Of a stretch of 64,000 bases of DNA, positions 26,356 through 39,349 are shown one piece after another. The notes beneath the pieces are model-generated. The model saw nothing but the letters and a program-made list of their open reading frames with translations. It was not told where the DNA came from and ran no database searches. Positions within the stretch are counted from its first letter, which is position 1; every line of letters begins with the position of its first letter. The position numbers and the translations under genes were made by a program. Source of the DNA: Eledone cirrhosa (lineage: Eukaryota); the NCBI GenBank assembly GCA_964016885.1, contig OZ024741.1, positions 312,976,001 to 313,040,000 of the forward strand, in the 5' to 3' direction.

Positions 26356-26470
26356 GTGAGTTTGTGTGTGTGTGCGTGTGTGTGGGCGCGGGTGTGGGCG
26401 CGTGTGTGTGCGCGCGCGGCCTGTGTGTGTGTGTGTGTGTGTGTGGGTGTATGTGTGTGATTGAGCGTGT
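26350..26470. repeat. (TA)/(TG)/(GC) microsatellite
   Basis: Directly visible dinucleotide runs. Confidence 0.9.
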
Positions 26471-28249
26471 GTTTGCACATCTCAGACTGGTTCGGATGAC
26501 GGCACTTTCTGAGCAACCGAACAGAAAATGTTAGATAATTGGAAAAGTGTGTGGACGATATGGGATTTTGAGTATTATGGTATTTTAACATGTTACCCGA
26601 GAACGATATCCAAAGGAGATTTGCAAAGAAACCTTTTAAAACCGGACGCTATATGAGAAACAAATTCCTAGATAATATGTGAACAATCCCGCAAACAAGA
26701 GACATTTTCATATTTTCTATAGTTTTAAGAATGTTCAGTAACATTCAAATAGTTCTTTGGGTGGTATATGTAATTTTCGGATATAAATCAGATCAGAGAA
26801 GACCAAGAATAACTTTTCCGTTAAAATTATCAAATGATTTCAGAAGAAAATGTTCAACGCCAGCACAGGGATCGCACATAAAATTGACACACGCGATGAC
26901 CACTAGGAACTATGACGACAGGCTGTAGACAAGGAAATGCGGACGACAAAACCAGGCAAACTATGTGAATCCCAAGTTGTAACTATCCATAACTCAATCC
27001 GCGTGCTCATCTAAACAGACAGGCACTTGATGTTGTTGGATTGTATTGATTGGCAAATGATTGAAAGACTATTCTCTTCTTGTATTTGTGGATTAGTGAC
27101 AACGGACATCCAGTAACAATATAACATATTGAACGAACATTTCCTTATCTATTGTTTCTCCAAATGTTTCAGTGAATTGTAGGATTTTTAAACGCCATAT
27201 AACAAAATTTGTCGCCTATACAGCATTATTATTTTATAAAGTTATCGCTTCACCACAGAGCAGTCAACCAAACTTTAAGCAATGAAACCTTGGCGCATAA
27301 AGTATCATATATATTCTAATCATGCCAACCAGATGCAACAAACTTTGTCATATCTCTGCCAATGTAAGGCCTCATTCGAAAAGCGTAAAATGTCGGAATT
27401 TCAGAAAGTAACTACGCAGCAAATAAAGTGACGATTGCGTCGAACTACGTAGCTTTACAGGCCGCAAAGATCCGTACGTTCCACACTTTCTGCGAAACAT
27501 TACTTTTACCTATAAAATATCACAGGTATAATTATTAAGATATATCCATTTAGTGATAACAATTTCTCGTCGTATAGGTGAATAACTATTAACGTCCAAA
27601 ATACTCTAATCGATTATCACCGGAGTTCTGGATTTTTCATACAAATCATCGAACCAACAGTTGTAAGAAATCAATGCTTGATTATGATGTATGTTCGCAT
27701 TTTTAAATGAACATATTAAAAAATTTGTGTAGATGCTATTTAGTGACCAATTGTTGATTGACCCGAAGTCACATCTATTTTAGATTTATTAAAGCTATTT
27801 TGCAATGAGCCATAACATTCATTGAACAATATTACTGACTGTGCAATTGATGGAGGGGAGCGCATGTTTCAGTAGGTAAATATAGAAGTTTTTCTTCTCT
27901 CTTTTGTAGTATCATTAACATATAGTGACATATTTTCAAAACCTCATAAAAGTTAATAAAATAGTTTCAAAAATTCAAGTTTGCTTTCATTTGTTCTATA
28001 ATATGGTAATAGCAGCATCAGCAGTCGCATAAGTCAGCGTTATTTGTTACCCCACTGATATTGTTTATGACATTATAAAATGTCGGTTAACGAGCAACAA
28101 CCAAACTTTTACCAAACATTTTTGGTATACTTTTGAATATTTACGATACAGTCGGGCGGTTAAAAATGTTTCCATTTGAAAGTGGGTGATGATGTAAAAA
28201 GTTTGCGAAGCTCTACGGTTGAACATATCAAGGACGTTCAATATTTACT

Positions 28250-28940
28250 ACCTCATTTACAGTGCCAGCCCAAGGATTTCTGCAAGATATCCATCGGTCA
28301 TGGACCAATAGTTCGCAGGAAGAGAGCAGCTAGTTCATCCTCATTGACACATAAAATCTCCCGAGAACGTTGTCCCTCTTTTCCCACTCTAATCCTCTAT
28401 AGAACACCAAATTGGCGATTCAAGAGAGCGCAGTGACCGATTGATAGTCAAGCACTCCCTTTCGGTTTTGTTTCACCCAGGATTTCAGTATCGTCAAGGA
28501 GATGAGCTGAGAAAAGACGATCACACCTGCTCAGCTTCAAGGTAACACTGGATATGGACCTACCTCCCTATGCGCTACGACGGATGTCACCGATGTTTTG
28601 CTGTTTAAACTTTGCTACGGTTATCGCTTTGCACACGCGTAGAGCGATAACTAACACCCAGGTTTCACGGGATGCTCATCGGTGCCTCCAACCTTTGTAT
28701 TAATGGCTGAAGACTCAGTACGCGCAAAAGACGTGACAGGGGTATCCCTTATGGACCGAGCTCATGATACGGAACTGCGCTATTCTTTGCAACGATCTAT
28801 CCCCTGAAAAGTGTTCATTGCCGAATGCCTTAATGAACGCAGTCAGGTACTGATGGTCGAGGACATCCAAAGTTTTCAATTGATCTGAGATTATTAGCGC
28901 CCTATCCAGGTCAGTTTCTCAGTCCCCCTGTCTCTGATGT
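28250..28940 (-). mobile_element. Old Tx1-like ORF2 remnant
   Basis: The reverse strand retains FYRGLE.GK, GP.T, LGWH, SVHKGYPLS and ALIISDQLK-like traces; heavily decayed. Confidence 0.55.
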
Positions 28941-30975
28941 ATGGGGTGGAATCTGTTCTGGAAGGAAATGTCGGGAATGGCACATATCTGCTCTCCCACA
29001 CAAGCAGAGCCTCAAGTTCCAACATCTCAACCAGAACAAAACCTAAACTTTTAAATCTTATCAATATAATCTTCCTTGTTTGGTTGCATTCTCGACGGAC
29101 AGAAATGGAATTCTGTCATTCTTTTACTAGTTGGTGTAGACACCTGAAAAAAGTCGAATTGTGGGATTGTTGCCTCGTTGTGCCACCGCAACTGGGCCTA
29201 TCGGACGATCTTTTGTCAATTCTAGGAGAATACACACTAGATCAAACAAAACTGTATACTTGCTTCACATTGAAGAGTTAGTCAAGGCTCAGTCTCACTA
29301 GCAAGCGGTCATTATGCTTTCCTAAATACCCTATAGTGCTTCCTGCCTAGTTCTCCCTCTACTTTATTTCTTTCGATTGCTTTTCCTTCACTACACCCGA
29401 AGGATTATATTGTAAACGTCATTTTGATGGGGAATCACCATTTGTTGTTGGCGATTGTGTCTGTCAACGCTTAACTAATTTCGCACTTCCGTCTGCGTAA
29501 TCTTTGGGCCCCGGAAGTGATTTGTTCATTTTCCTGTCATCTATGAAGTGGGGGACTTCCAATTTTTGAATGTTATCACTATCAACTACTCTACAGCCAA
29601 TCTAGATACTCTATGAATGACCCGATGTTATTTGAACAGGTCTACACCGGTACATCCAGGAAATCCGCTCTGTACTTGTCAACTTGTTGGTAGTGACTGA
29701 GAAGGTTTTTTAGGCTTTTCTGGCCTCCTCCCCTGTCTGCTAGTCTACATAGGCACAACATGCATTCAAGACCCATTCCAGTAGGTCATTAATAATAAGA
29801 GAGAACCTTTCTCAGAAAGTTCTCCAGCGGCTGACAAAATCTAGTCCATTTGTCCCTTTCAGAGCTCTGACGGCCTCTAGCCCGAATGCATGTCCTTCGC
29901 TGTTGACTACCTCCAGCTCCATCGACATAACGTCTTGGTCCAGGAAGGGGTTCATATCGTGAAATCTTAGCGTTTTCAAAACAACATGGAGATTACTCTA
30001 CGCTATTCTGGACATATTGTGGAGATATGCACGCCTCATAACGATTAGAAATGCGTACTAAATTCTGTGGCCCGTACATTCTGATTAATCCCATGTAAAC
30101 TATGTCTATATTTAGCGAACTGAGGCCGTTGAACAGGTGACACTGCTTCGAAAGTTATCACAGCATATAAATTTCACATCACCTAATCTGTGTAAGGCTA
30201 TTATTTAAGAAAAAGCAAGTAAAGTGATAAAGAACACACACCTATTTTTGCGTGGATGGGTACCTTTTTATTTCTTCGGGTAATGTCTTGCAAATCACCA
30301 AGTGTACGTTTAGTAATATTTCTCTGTAAATAACCTTCTTCATTAGGGTATTTGGTTTTTGGTGTGTGTATATATCTTGTATAATTTATATAGGATTGTC
30401 AGTATCAGTAGAGGGTCGTACGCCATACTTTGTAGCATAGAGTCACGGCCCTTTATGGTCTGAGTTCAAATCCCGAAAAGGTTAACTTTGCCTTTCATCC
30501 TTATGAGGTTGATAAAAGAAAGTACTAGTAATGTACTTGGATAATTGCTGACCTTGTGCCAAAAGTAGAAACAATTATTTGTATAATCTCTGTTTGTTAG
30601 TATAGTGACATGGGTGTTGTGTAATTGACTTGTTCTATGTTTGTATGTAGTTGTATGTTCTTCATTAAGCCCGTATTCTTTGAGTTTGGGGTCATGAGAT
30701 TTGTAACTTTAGTTTTTGTTAAGTTTTGTTTTGTTGTTTGTTATGGTTCTACTTTGGAAATTGGGCTGTGTTTACGGTATTGGTGAATTTTTTCTCAGAC
30801 TTGCCGCACGCCATGTATATTAGGAGAAGAAGGTGACTATTTTCCTTTAAGTGCGTCCATGCAGCTCAAATGCCATGATACATTGATGCTACCAAAGATA
30901 TGCATTTGGTCATCAACTCTTTTTTTGGCGTGTCTGGATGTGGATTATCACGCGCATTCCAGTCCTGTCCCTCTT
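28940..30975 (-). mobile_element. Divergent Tx1-like remnant (ORF1 end + APE region) with a nested SINE; paralogous to 50772-54720
   Basis: The reverse strand shows APE-like AVSPVQRPQF.K, ..GMGLEC and SIWIG traces. Collinear similarity to 50772-51401 plus 53368-54720. Confidence 0.65.
30394..30580 (+). mobile_element. SINE copy
   Basis: Matches the SINE at 353-527; TTGTATAAT occurs on both sides. Confidence 0.85.
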
Positions 30976-31639
30976 TTCAGTTTGATACATTTTGATGATT
31001 CCCATGTCCTTCAATGTGTCTACCGTGATGACTGCTATTAGTTATGGCATGGCTATTTTAGGCTGTACTTGTCTGAACGAAATTTTGTCTAATTTCAGAC
31101 AACTTAAGTAAGGGACGAGCAGTAACTCATGACCTTCCAGATGTTTTAGTGAGGGAAACTTTGACTTTGCTCCAAACTTTCACATCAACCTTATCTAAAC
31201 ACTTTCCTACTTGGATGTACGTATTTAGCTCCCACACTCAGCCTAAGGCTCCTGGCCTTGAATCTCGCTTGTTTTTAATCCAATTGTACGGGAAGTCGTT
31301 GTGCAATGTATTGTGTTTTGAATTATGTTTGTCGGAGTTTCAATGTTAATTATGTTGCCGGATTGTCCGACATACAGTTGAAAAACATCCACCACACTAT
31401 ACAGCCGAGAGACAAAAAGCCACGAATAATAAACGATAAAAACAATGAATCAAAACGAAAGTAAAATGAGGTAAAAGAAAATTAAATACCTGTAAATAGC
31501 ATAGATGAGATTTATTGAATGTTGATATTTTAACCGTGTTAAAGTATTAATTGTTCATTAAAAATAGGTGCGAAAGGAGTAAAGGATGATAGATAATAGA
31601 AGACCAAGCAATCGGAAAGATATAACATGTTTCCAGAAA

Positions 31640-31800
31640 ATAATATAAGATATTGCAAATGGTCATAAGGCTCTAAATACCAATTACTAATCAACAAGCC
31701 ATAAGAGATAACAGCAGAAAAAGAAAGAAGAATATCTAAGTATGGCATGGATTGATTACCATGAGATTTTGACAAGGTCACCTACATTCGCGTACTGGAC
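31640..31800 (+). mobile_element. Short RT remnant, R4/Dong-like
   Basis: Translates to GSKYQLLINK...LSMAWIDY..FDKV, typical of R4-clade RT. Confidence 0.45.
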
Positions 31801-31979
31801 ACATTAGCCAAAACACTGGTGGACAGGCTATATAGATTCACAAAAGAATTAAGCAGATCTTGAGAAGGCAAGCGTAATCTGGGGTGTGCCAATACGCACA
31901 GACGTAAAAAAACAAAGGCAACTGATCAGATAATATAAGGAAAAAAACACAAAGAAAGAGTATTGCCTACTAATTGATG

Positions 31980-32000
31980 TACACACACACACACACACAG

Positions 32001-32060
<60 letters not shown>
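31980..32060. repeat. (CA)n + (TA)n microsatellite
   Basis: Directly visible. Confidence 0.9.
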
Positions 32061-32064
<4 letters not shown>

Positions 32065-32404
32065 TGCCTCTCTGATTTTGTTCCCGTCCCAGTTTTCACT
32101 ATATATATATATATTTCTACCAAGGAAATGAAGGAAATGGAGGAATTATGCAAATAAACTGAATGTGGATGACGTAAGTAGAAAGAACCCCTTCAATAAA
32201 TACTCTTGGAATAATAAAACCCTCATAGACCGAAACACAACCCAAAAGTTTATAACATAAAATCAGATGCAGCCTTCAGGAAGTTGCACAGCAAGGAAAT
32301 GTTCATACCGAAGGTGCACATAATAGTGCTCGGCAATGCTGTGACCGCAATCAAGAATAATAAAACTAATATTTGTGTCTATTTTTGGCAGAAAGCCAGA
32401 AATT

Positions 32405-32486
32405 TGAAGGGGAAGGTGAAAGTCGATTAATTCGAGCCCAGTGCGTTATTGGTGATTTATGCTATTGACCCTGTAAGGATGAAAGT
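32405..32486 (-). mobile_element. Old SINE fragment (related subfamily)
   Basis: The reverse complement resembles CTTTCATCCTTAC.GGGTC.ATA...ACCA...ACTGGG.TCGA. Confidence 0.5.
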
Positions 32487-32489
32487 TAC

Positions 32490-32900
32490 AGCTAGCATGG
32501 ATATCATCTCTCTCTACAGAATTATCCCTCACGTTGGAGACCACCGCACACACCCGTACTTTCTAGAATTACGTTTCTCCACCTCTTCTAGCATTTCGAC
32601 GCATCCCCTTGCTGAGCTCGTTCTCAACCTCAACGGTTTCCCCTTTCAGGAAAATATTACAAACAAATTACTGGATTAGGCTTGGTAAATTGAATGTTCC
32701 CGAAATACGCCGACTTGTTCGTGAGCTACATCGTGGGTCAAATTTTCTCCCAGTGTACTGCACCTACGCCTGAGCTGTACGGCCGTTACATCGAGTATTC
32801 AATCGGCGCCACTTCTTTCTCCCATGAACAGCTTGACTCCTCTCTTTATTTTGACCAGTCTTTCCAACCCACTCTTTCCTCTATTATCTCCTTAACTAGG
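32490..32900 (+). mobile_element. Penelope-like RT remnant
   Basis: MDIISLY..IPH...LAELVLNLNGF.F and PKYADLFV...P.LYGRYI (decayed RYIDD) are characteristic of PLE RT. Confidence 0.6.
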
Positions 32901-32989
32901 TTTAACTAGGTATACCTAGCAACGGTACAGGGATAAAAACAATTGCTCATGTTCTTCGTTAAGAAGATCAGTTGAAGGAAGTATATCGG

Positions 32990-35620
32990 ATTGCAAGAGA
33001 GTGCGCTAGAGAAAATCGTGAAATGGTCTATATGGTAGTGGAACACTTACCCTGTCTTATGCCGAAAAAAAATGAGTCATAGAGTACTTACAATGACAGA
33101 CTAGTGAACGAAGAGAATAAATGGGACAGTACGGGCTTACCGCATCTAGATCTTACTAAGGGATCAGCTAAGAAGTTGACAGCATTTAGATAGATAAAGC
33201 AATAATGTACATGATGGTAGAGAAGGCCACTGGACCATCTGGTATATTTGTTGAGAGGGTAAAAACACCCGGCATTGTAGGATATGTGCTAGTCGGACAT
33301 ATAGTTAATCAAGTAGTACAAGAAAGGTGTCATACCCAATGACTACATCAGCAAAGTTATTGTCAACTTCTACAAGAGCAATGACGATACACTAGAGAAT
33401 ATAAGTACGGAAGTATCAAATTGATGGGCCATGTCATGAAATTTGTTGAAAATGTTATAGCATGATTAATTTGGGAGACAATCAAAGTAGATAATATTAC
33501 GTTTGGATGTATGCTAGCCAGGAATACATCTGGATAAATGATGCTAAATGGAAACCATTCAATGTGGGAGTCAGACTCTGCCAAGGATGCGTCTTTCAGC
33601 TATCGTGTTCATTATTTACATGAACATGATTGACATGCGCAGTCGAGCTGGAAGTTGTATCACGACTGGCAAGTGTAAAATTAGTCGGCTAGAATTTTCA
33701 GACGACTCGGTATTCCTTAACATGGCAGAAGGTAATCACCGAATTGCACTCTGTAGGTTTGATGTCGAGTGCTGCATGGCTGGAATGAAAATCAATGCTG
33801 CGAAAACTGAGACACTCGTCGTCTCAAGGAATCTTGTGTTGTGCAATCTATATATGAATGGAGTTCTACTGAAACACGGGGAGAAATTCATGTATCTCGT
33901 GGCCATGTTCACAAGTGATGGAACGCATGAGGCTGAATTAAGTGCAATAATTGCACTAGCTGGTGCTGTAATGCGCCAGCTTCAGCAGTCGGTATTCAGA
34001 AGAAGGGATGTAGGTGAAAAATCCCAACTAGTTATCTTCAGTACGGTATTCGTGTGAACACTCATTATAGTCATGGATCTTGGGTAATGACCAAAAGAAT
34101 ATGATTGTGAATGCAAGCGTCAGCAATGGGGTTCCTCCAAATGGTATTTTGAGTAACGTTACACAATAGAGTGCGTAGCTTGGAAATATCAGGTCTCCCT
34201 CCAGGGAGAGTTGCTACTTATCTGAATTGAGAGATTACAGTGTGTAATCACAAGTGTGGAGCATACACTGAACGTGTGACAACCAGAATCAGAACAGGCT
34301 GGAAGAAGTTTGGAGCACTGATACCTCTGCTAACAACAAATATTTTCTTGCTCGGAGTGAAGTGTAGACAATTCGATTCTCGTGGGCAAAAGGCAATGCT
34401 AAATGCCAGGGAAACATGGGCCTTAACTACAGAAGACCTCCGACGACTGAGCAGAAATGACGACAGTATTCTCCAATAAATGTGTAATGCTAATGTGCAT
34501 GGACACCTTAGAAGATGTAAACTAAGAAGAAAACAATATATAAGGGGATTTGAATGTAATGTGAAAAGGATTACTCTGGTATGTATATGTGATACGTATG
34601 GAAGATAGCAGCTAAACAAAGAAATGCAGAACACGAGGAAAAGGCAAACCAAAAAAACTTGTGATGACAAAGGATCGAATGGGCTGGCGATATGCTGTGT
34701 TAATGAAGACCCGACCAGAATCATAAAATATGACCTGACCCATCCATGAACTACCCCTCCCTCCTACTATTATTTCCTCCATCTGTCCGCCCCAATGCGG
34801 CATCCAATACTCGTACACCCTCTAGAACAACTCACACCCTAGACACCTTAGATATCTTCACCATTGGCTAATAGTAGCTTCTTTCTCTCCCCATTGTTCA
34901 CTCCACCCCTATTAGCAAATCTTATACCTCACTATCCATACTCATCTCTCTAACACGACTCCAATCTCTATCGACTACATCCTTCACTGCATCCCCTCTC
35001 CACGCGCACTAATCAGCTATCCCTAACGATTACTCATCCCTAACCCTGCGTCCTATCTCTCCATCACGCCCGTATCTCCACCATATTGACGACATCCTTC
35101 ACACCACTACGCCACATACACTAATCAGCAACTCCTACCCTTTACTCATTGCCAAACAAATCCCCACACATACCTATTACTTCATACTTACCTCCCTCCC
35201 TTATTGTCCCTTCTCCAGATTTGAGAGGGATCTGCAGTTTGATTTATGGTCAACCTCTCCAGAGTCGTTGGTGAGAGGAAGTTCACCCGCTGTAGATCCC
35301 ATACATAAAAGAATTGAGATAAACCTTTTGTTGTTTCAATAACACAACCTCCTTAATTCTGGTGATAATTTTATTGATACACAATAAAAACAATCAGTAC
35401 ACGCTGCAAACAGTTGGTGGTAGGAAAGGTATACAACCGTAGAAAGCTTACTAAACAAAGGGTGAGTAAGACCCTTAAGTTTGTGTTAAAAGACAACTTC
35501 TCGATATGACCTTCGTCTGTCAGATAGGTCAGTAGCCACGCTTCAGTACTAATTTGTTCTATGTAATCCCACGCAACACTTGCTTGCATATGAAAGCAGG
35601 CGTGAAATGATGATGATGAT
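32990..35620 (+). mobile_element. Degraded RTE-like LINE fragments with a (TGA)n 3' tail, including a nested RT fragment 33545-34235
   Basis: Traces GKATGPSG, YGSIKLMGHVMK, EFSDD (YADD-like), GMKINAAKTE, RIRTGWKKF..L.PLLT, ETWAL; ends (TGA)n at 35608-35620. Confidence 0.6.
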
Positions 35621-35718
35621 ATATACATATGTACACACACACACACGCGCGCACACACACATACACACACATATACACAAACACACACACACACACACAG
35701 ATATATATATATATATAT

Positions 35719-35795
<77 letters not shown>

Positions 35796-35840
35796 AAGAG
35801 AGTGTGTGAGAGAGAGAGAGTTATACACACACATACATAC
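35620..35840. repeat. Compound (CA)/(TA)/(GA) microsatellite
   Basis: Directly visible. Confidence 0.92.
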
Positions 35841-36299
35841 CGACTACTACGGGTATTAACTTCACGTCAACTATTATTGTGGACCGCTACTGTTAGGTTT
35901 GGGGATCAGGTAACAACATGACAGTATTAATGAAATGAGAAAAACATTTGAGGACAGACAAGTAATTAAAATATTCAATAAGTGAATAAGATAACAAATG
36001 AGTTATTATCTTACCAGCTGCTAAAGTTGACTGCCATGTTAATAATATAATAAATCCAGCAATAGAAAGGGATGACATTGCAAGCCCAGTTAGATTATAA
36101 ATCGAAAGTGAGGAAAACTCCGAAAATTTTGTCTGAGTGGCGTTCCTCACGACGATGCTAACGGAATTATCTTTAACGTTCAGTGTCATGAGACGACGTG
36201 TGCACCCTTTGTGCTAAACTTCAGTAGATTACTCTTGTTCTATTTCACTATATAATTTGCTTGCGTTTTTTTTTCTTTACTTCAGTATTATGTAAGCCT

Positions 36300-37925
36300 A
36301 AACCTTTTAATCGTAAATGAGTAAATAAAAGAAAAAGAGAGTTTATATGTCTTAATCCGTATAGTGAGCAAATGGGGTGCCACGTGCTGGCCTTCGCACA
36401 ATTCCGGCGGACTGAATGGAGAAGGCGTTTCCCCGAGGATGGTTAGGGAGATGCGCTGGAAGAGCCATTCCAACTCTGGAGACTCACACCTGCGGCTAGC
36501 CACCTCAGAGCCCATGGTGCTTAATAGAGAGGTAGCCTTAGAGCCAAGGACACCAGAGTCTCCACTGTCAGAGAGCGACCGGTACTTGGAGAGTTTGGAC
36601 TCCTCAGCCCGACGTGTAGCAATACCTGGATTAGTCGCAGACGACACCAGATTGCGGCTGGAGAAAGTGGCGCTGCAAGTGGCACCCTAGACGAGGGGTT
36701 TCTCACCGCCGAACGGGAAGATGATCATACCGTCTGACGTTTTGCCGTCCCCTCGGTCCAGCCCCACAGGCTCGAGCTGGGAGGGGAAGCCTGCAGCCAC
36801 CAAGCCATGCTTTATGACCTCGTTGAGGGCAGCATGGCGTGGAAGTAGGCCGGCTCTGTGACGACAGGAAAGCGGGTGGAGGCCGAAAGTGTCCATGGTG
36901 GACCCACAGCCACATTTATGTGGCTCGCCGATCCGGAGACCAAGCCTCAAAGAAACGCTGAAGCGCAGGCTATCGTTATCCAGCTGTGTGCCAGTGGAGA
37001 AAGGAGGGCAAGGTATGGAGCCAGACACCACTGTGGGGTTTGGAAGCCGCGCGAAAAAAGGAAAGGCGGTGCTGGTCGAGCTGGCGCGTGAGCCTGTCTG
37101 AGGCCCGGCTGCCGAGGATGGCATCCCAAATGCTTTGAGGGGACTTCACGTCAGCAGGGGGAGAAGGAGGAGAAGGAGGAGGGACGTCTACTGAGCTAAG
37201 TCCCAGCTGGTCCCACGCCTCACAGGTGGCCTCTCATTCCTTGATCACAGAGTGTTCCATTGTGTTTTGGAGAACCCTGCTGACGAGGACGAATCATGAG
37301 GTTACCGATGAAAGAAACGCCAGCAAGGCCAACAGATCGGGAACAGGATGCCAAGACCGGCATATCTGAGAGGTAAATTTGCCATCCAGTGTCGTAAAAC
37401 CTGACGTTTCATATATCCTCGGCTGGCGCTCGGATACAAGTTTGGAGGACAGCGAGGAGAGATGATTGGCTGTAGCACGGAGCGCTGCTAAAGGTGTGTA
37501 GAGGAGCTTCGGCATGGTGAAGCAGTTCCTCAACAGGAAGAGAGCTGGGTGGCCATCGATCAAGCCCAGGCGGCTCGTGAGAGTTTGGATGTGTTGGAGC
37601 CTGGACCTGATGGTGGAGTGGATGGCCGGCGGATGAATTGGTGACCCGAGGATAAGTACATCCTCTTTGGGGTCACCTGAACATAGCGGAGAATGGACCC
37701 CACGTCCGAGACGGATGCTGCAAAGTTCTCAGCATCATAGCTGACATTCACCACCTCCGACTTGGAGGAGTTGACCTAGAGGCCGATTACCACCAGGGCA
37801 GGACCGACCGATTGAAATTCATGGCAGACATTCTCCACGAGCCCGCCCAGCCTAGCATCATCCAGGTACCAAACGTTGAGAGCGGCTGTGATACTCCGGA
37901 AAATGTGGTCTAAACCAAGAGCAAA
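36300..37925 (-). mobile_element. CRE-type RLE element, 3' half (same family as 7259-10150)
   Basis: The reverse strand gives WYLDDA, CGCGSTMDTFGLHPLSC, RHAALNEVIK, EPVGLDRGDGK..DG, KYRSLSD, WLFQRISL. Confidence 0.85.
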
Positions 37926-37929
37926 AAGT

Positions 37930-39345
37930 GAATTGATGTAACACACCTTATTGTTCGAGTACCCTCCGGGCTATTCGAGCTGTTCCACGCAATGTTGTGT
38001 TTTATTAGCGTTGCATCTGTATTGCATTCCCTATTTCATTAATGTAGTTCTTAATATCTTTACTCCATGTGCCCAAGCTTCCAACTATTATTGGTATTAC
38101 CACCACCTTGTTCAGTGATCAAAACTGCCTATCATCCCATGCAAAACTGTCATAACTATCATTTTTTTCCTTCTTACCCCACACCTTTTAATCAGCATGA
38201 CAACTGTAGATATGATCTAACACTGTTTGCTTTCTTTCTTAATTAATACAATATCTGGTCTCCTGTGATCAATCTCATGGTCACACTGCATCTCAAAGTC
38301 ACACAGAAACTTTGCATTATTGATTTTAATAACGTCTTCAGGGTAATGTTCCTACCGATTCTTTACTCTGTAAAGTGCATATTTACCTCAACGTACTTTC
38401 CATGCTTCTTCTTCTTTCCGTATTTTGGAAGCATATGGTCATATGACAGTTTTCCATTTCTTTACACAGTCCTTTGCATTAATATTAAATTCTGCAGATC
38501 TTTTTAAGCTGCACTGGTTGGGCAGTAGAGGGCGAATAAGGCAGTGCTGTATCGTATGGTCCTCTTCTCCGCATTCGCAGATGGTTGGAACGGTCTTGTA
38601 GCCCCATGTGTTGTCTTGATGTCTTTTATATTCTTTCTGAGCTAGAGGTGCACATTGACTGGTAATATTTCATACAGTTTCTCTATTCTTGCGACAACTT
38701 CTACACTTAACACTTTCTGTTGTGTGGTCTACTCTATGCTTGATGTAGTTAGTTCTTAGTGCTTGTTCTTGAACAGCACAGATTAAGGATGTTGTTTCCG
38801 GATTTAGATCACATTTAAACATCCATAACTACCTCCTTTCCTCTGGCTGTTCTATTTTCAAAATGTCTATGGAATTTTGCACATATTCGTTTTACTGTCC
38901 ATTTACTTTCAGTGTTATCCACCCTCAAATGCTTGTACTGTGTTCTTTTTCTTTGCAAACTTCTATTTTGCACAGCTGTTCTGTTGAATTGTTATGTTCT
39001 ACGCCATGATAATTTATTCTGATTTAATGCTGCCTTGGCACCGCGTCAGTCCCCATCTTCTTCTTTCTCTTGGTATATATAATCTATCTGTGTCACTATT
39101 TGGGTGAAATACCCCATATCAAGTTAATATATCCTTCTTGTCTATCATTCTAAACTGGTTAGCTCTTATATAGTCCACGTAATCGGCTCTGCCCTATTTC
39201 TAAGGAGTGATATCGCTCATGAATTGATAGATTCCATCTTATTCCTTCCATTCAGTTTCGACTTGAGAATAATTCTCAATCTGCGCACCTATTACATCCT
39301 AAATTATTCTTTAATTTCCTCCTGCATTATTTTATCAACTTATAT
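37930..39345 (-). mobile_element. R4/Dong-clade non-LTR remnant (post-RT region, CCHC finger, RLE)
   Basis: The reverse strand near 38620-38820 reads PETTSLICAVQEQALRTNYIKHRVD...CRSCRK.RET..NITSQCAPLAQKEYKR. SDTDRLYIPRKE..G lies upstream. Confidence 0.7.
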
Positions 39346-39349
39346 TTTA

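Noticed and set aside
35371-35859. ORFs rich in YI/CV/HT (also 26185-26591, 52202-52832, 61929-62285)
   Set aside because: They are translations of dinucleotide microsatellites.
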